Made by a program: the position numbers and the translations under genes. DNA of 60,622 nucleotides, the filler included. It is 5 parts of 5 records of this genome, joined end to end, with 100 filler letters (N's around TTAATTAATTAA, not from the genome) between each part and the next. Parts side by side here need not be neighbours in the genome. Positions count along the whole stretch, not along the records: positions 53,803 to 60,622 come from SRR22947725_574; 4 more parts are not named here. The stretch is one strand, 5' to 3'. Of the stretch, positions 57,901 through 60,622 are shown piece by piece (position 1 is the stretch's first letter; every line of letters starts with the position of its first letter). Below the pieces are notes generated by a model that did not search any database, was not told the origin of the DNA, and worked only from the letters and a program-made list of their open reading frames with translations.

Positions 57901-60318
57901 TTATTTTTTTTTATTCTTTAAATATTTTTCAAGCCACTTATCTTGTTCCCACAATACATGAAAAATACTTTCCTTAGATCTGTATCCATGACTTTCCTTT
58001 GGTAGCATAACAAGTCTTACTGTAGCGCCTAGCCCCTTTAAGGCGTTAAAATACCTTTCACTTTGCATCGGGTATGTTCCTGAATTATTATCATCCTCAC
58101 CATGAATTAATAATAATGGTGTTTTCATCTTGTCTGAGTGCATAAATGGTGACATTGAATAATAAATTTCTGGTGATTCCCAATAACTTCTTTCTTCACT
58201 TTGAAAACCAAAAGGGGTCAAGGTTCTATTGTAAGCTCCGCTTCTAGCGATTCCTGCAGAAAATAAATTACTATGCGATAAAAGATTAGCAACCATAAAA
58301 GCGCCATAACTGTGTCCTCCAACTGCTACACGGTTAGTATCTATATAGCCTAACTTATCAACAGCATCAATTGCAGCCTTTGCATTATCTACTAACTGTA
58401 TTCTAAAACTGTCATTTGGCTCAATATTATCTTCTCCAACAATTGGAAAAGAAGCATCGTCTAAAACAACGTAACCTTTAGTAATCCAATAAACCATTGA
58501 ACCATAATATGGATACGTAAATTTATTTTCATTTTTTGTGCTTTGTCCGGCACTAGATTTATCTTTAAACTCCCTTGGATAAGCCCATAAAATCATAGGT
58601 AACTTTTCTTTGGATTTTTTATCATAGTCAACTGGTAAATATAATACCCCAGAAAGCTCAAGACCATCATTTCTTTTATATTTAATAACTTCTTTATGTG
58701 CATCTTTAATAGGATCAAAAGGGTTTTTAAAAAATGTGTATTGAGTAAGTTTCTTATTATTAATTTTTTTTGTAAAATAATTTGGAAAATCAACAGCAGA
58801 TTCAATTCTTACAAATAATTCATTATTACTTGGACTAAAATCAATTATTGATTCAAATTTATCAATATAGTCCGATTCAAATATTCTATTTTTTTCAAAG
58901 CTATTTATATTGATTTTATCAATAAATGGAAATTGTCCATTTTTAGTATATCCATCTCCTATAAGAAAGGCATTGTCAGATTTTAATTTAATTACATTTT
59001 TGTTTAACGAGTTCTTTTCTTTTATAAAGTAACCAGGATCGCTGTAATTATCTTGATAATTTCTATCAGTTAGGATTGATATTTTTGATTTATTATTTGA
59101 TGGATTAAATGCATATATTTTTTCATTTCTTGTATTCCACCAATAGTCATAAGCAATTGCAAAATTATCATTTCCCCAATCAATCCCTCTAAATCTATTA
59201 ATTGTTTTTAATATGCTAATACCTTCACCATAATATGGCTTCTCTATTTCAAATACTTCATCTCTAAATTCTACTTCATTTGAGGGGTCTCCTGAGTCAA
59301 GAGCTTTGACATAGGTTAAAGTTGAGGGTTTGTCTGATCTCCAGCTGAAATTTCTTTTACCAGTTCTTACAGACATAAAACCTTTTGGTAGTTCTTCAAT
59401 TAAAGGAACATCAATTAGGTTTTGAATAAGCTCAGAATTTTTCGAATATATATTAACTGAGTTAGGAAATCTTCTGTAAGTAACTATGTATGAAAACGGT
59501 TTTTTAATTTCACTTACCATAACGTAATTACCATCTGGAGATACAGAAATATTTGTATACATCCCTTTATTCAACCATTTTTTATGAGAACCATCTGTTG
59601 AGACTTTATATAACTCAGAAGTTGCAAGCTGCTCAAAATTTAATTCATCTGTTTTGTTTTTTAATAAATCTTGATATGTTCTATTTTGTGCTTTTTCACC
59701 AAAATTTGATGAAATTGTTGGGCCTGTTGGTACTACATTATTAGACTCAATTAAATCCATTTTATCTTGTGGAATTACCTTAACAAGTAAATTTTTACTG
59801 TCTGAAAACCAATTAATTACATTTCCAATGTTAGAGTTTAATTTAAGATCAAAAACTTTATTTGCTGATCTAGATTTTAAATTCAACACCCAAAGTTCAA
59901 CTCCGAAATCAGTTGTATGAGTAAAAGCAATCATCTTTTCATTAGGAGACCAATTAAGATTAGATATTTTTGGGTTTATTGGCATCCCTACTATTTCTTT
60001 TGGATCAGCCTTAGAATCTGAAAACCCTTTTAACTTAATATTATTGTAATATGTAATCCTACTACCAATGTTAGTTTTAGGATTGATTCTAAGCCCTGCT
60101 AGTCTCAATTCTTTAGTAGAAAGTTCTTCAATTGATTTATAGTTACTTCTGTATAAAAAAATTAAATAATCTTTATTATTATCGTAAATAACTGATGGTG
60201 GTCTATCAAATTCAACTAATTCTAATATTTCAGATGAAGGCTGTTGATATGAAATATTTTCTTGAGAAAAAGAATTTAAAGTTAACAGTACTAAAAGTGT
60301 AAGTAGTATTTTTTGCAT
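57901..60318 (-). CDS. Secreted S9 prolyl oligopeptidase-family peptidase
   Basis: Signal peptide, propeller repeats (WSP, VSPDG), GGHSYG, HGEDD, ESHG. Confidence 0.92.
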   Translation of the reverse strand: MQKILLTLLVLLTLNSFSQENISYQQPSSEILELVEFDRPPSVIYDNNKDYLIFLYRSNYKSIEELSTKELRLAGLRINPKTNIGSRITYYNNIKLKGFSDSKADPKEIVGMPINPKISNLNWSPNEKMIAFTHTTDFGVELWVLNLKSRSANKVFDLKLNSNIGNVINWFSDSKNLLVKVIPQDKMDLIESNNVVPTGPTISSNFGEKAQNRTYQDLLKNKTDELNFEQLATSELYKVSTDGSHKKWLNKGMYTNISVSPDGNYVMVSEIKKPFSYIVTYRRFPNSVNIYSKNSELIQNLIDVPLIEELPKGFMSVRTGKRNFSWRSDKPSTLTYVKALDSGDPSNEVEFRDEVFEIEKPYYGEGISILKTINRFRGIDWGNDNFAIAYDYWWNTRNEKIYAFNPSNNKSKISILTDRNYQDNYSDPGYFIKEKNSLNKNVIKLKSDNAFLIGDGYTKNGQFPFIDKININSFEKNRIFESDYIDKFESIIDFSPSNNELFVRIESAVDFPNYFTKKINNKKLTQYTFFKNPFDPIKDAHKEVIKYKRNDGLELSGVLYLPVDYDKKSKEKLPMILWAYPREFKDKSSAGQSTKNENKFTYPYYGSMVYWITKGYVVLDDASFPIVGEDNIEPNDSFRIQLVDNAKAAIDAVDKLGYIDTNRVAVGGHSYGAFMVANLLSHSNLFSAGIARSGAYNRTLTPFGFQSEERSYWESPEIYYSMSPFMHSDKMKTPLLLIHGEDDNNSGTYPMQSERYFNALKGLGATVRLVMLPKESHGYRSKESIFHVLWEQDKWLEKYLKNKKK

Positions 60319-60382
60319 GTTATTTATATTTATGAAAAAAAATAATTATGTGATAATTTAGATTGTTATAATTAAAATAAAT

Positions 60383-60622
60383 TTATTCTAAAATTACATT
60401 TCTTATCGAAGGATTAAAAGGAGTTTTAATTAAATTACCACTAGAATCAATTAACTCAAGCTTTATATTAATTTCTCCTTTTGGCAGTCCTTCTATATAG
60501 TAAGGAGCCCACTCATCTATTATGAACTCTGTATCTTGAATTGTAGCCCTTACTTTATTTCCGTTTTTTGAAATTTCTGTGTTAACCAAATAGAAATCAA
60601 GTAATAAATTTTCTGTATCTGC
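60383..60622 (-). CDS. Hypothetical protein, C-terminal part only
   Basis: Frame open to the window edge (ADTENLLLDFYLVN...). Confidence 0.65.
   Translation of the reverse strand, partial: ADTENLLLDFYLVNTEISKNGNKVRATIQDTEFIIDEWAPYYIEGLPKGEINIKLELIDSSGNLIKTPFNPSIRNVILE

Noticed and set aside
1-60622. CRISPR arrays, tRNA/rRNA, IS elements, prophage or defence systems
   Set aside because: No spaced direct repeats and no transposase, integrase or nuclease motifs. Intergenic gaps are short and I recognised no structured RNA, although no covariance search was run.

Overview
This window is not one locus. It is five unrelated contigs joined by four identical 100-nt artificial spacers (44 N + TTAATTAATTAA + 44 N) at 14919-15018, 31527-31626, 41870-41969 and 53703-53802. 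Contig 1 (1-14918) is from an AT-rich alphaproteobacterium, judged from the radA-cvpA-purF-SDR synteny. It carries a fliHIJKLMNOPQR-flhB cluster with sigma54 promoters before fliK and fliO, a FleQ-box-like site, and four accessory genes after flhB, one a MotF candidate. This resembles the gamma-derived Fla1 system of Rhodobacter sphaeroides and is the most interesting signal here. Contig 2 (15019-31526) looks like a streamlined betaproteobacterium (OM43/Methylophilaceae-like, inferred), with ntrYX-like genes, xth, prlC, kdsD-lptCAB-rpoN-hpf, a CPA2 antiporter, a ThiO-like oxidase and an LPS glycosyltransferase run. Contigs 3-5 are flavobacterial housekeeping regions with TAnnTTTG promoters. 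They include an rpmH missed by the ORF track, a cysteine-free SecA tail and an OxyR-like LysR protein reduced to its DNA-binding half. I saw no tRNA, rRNA, CRISPR array, IS element or prophage. All family and taxon calls come from motif recognition and recall, not database searches.
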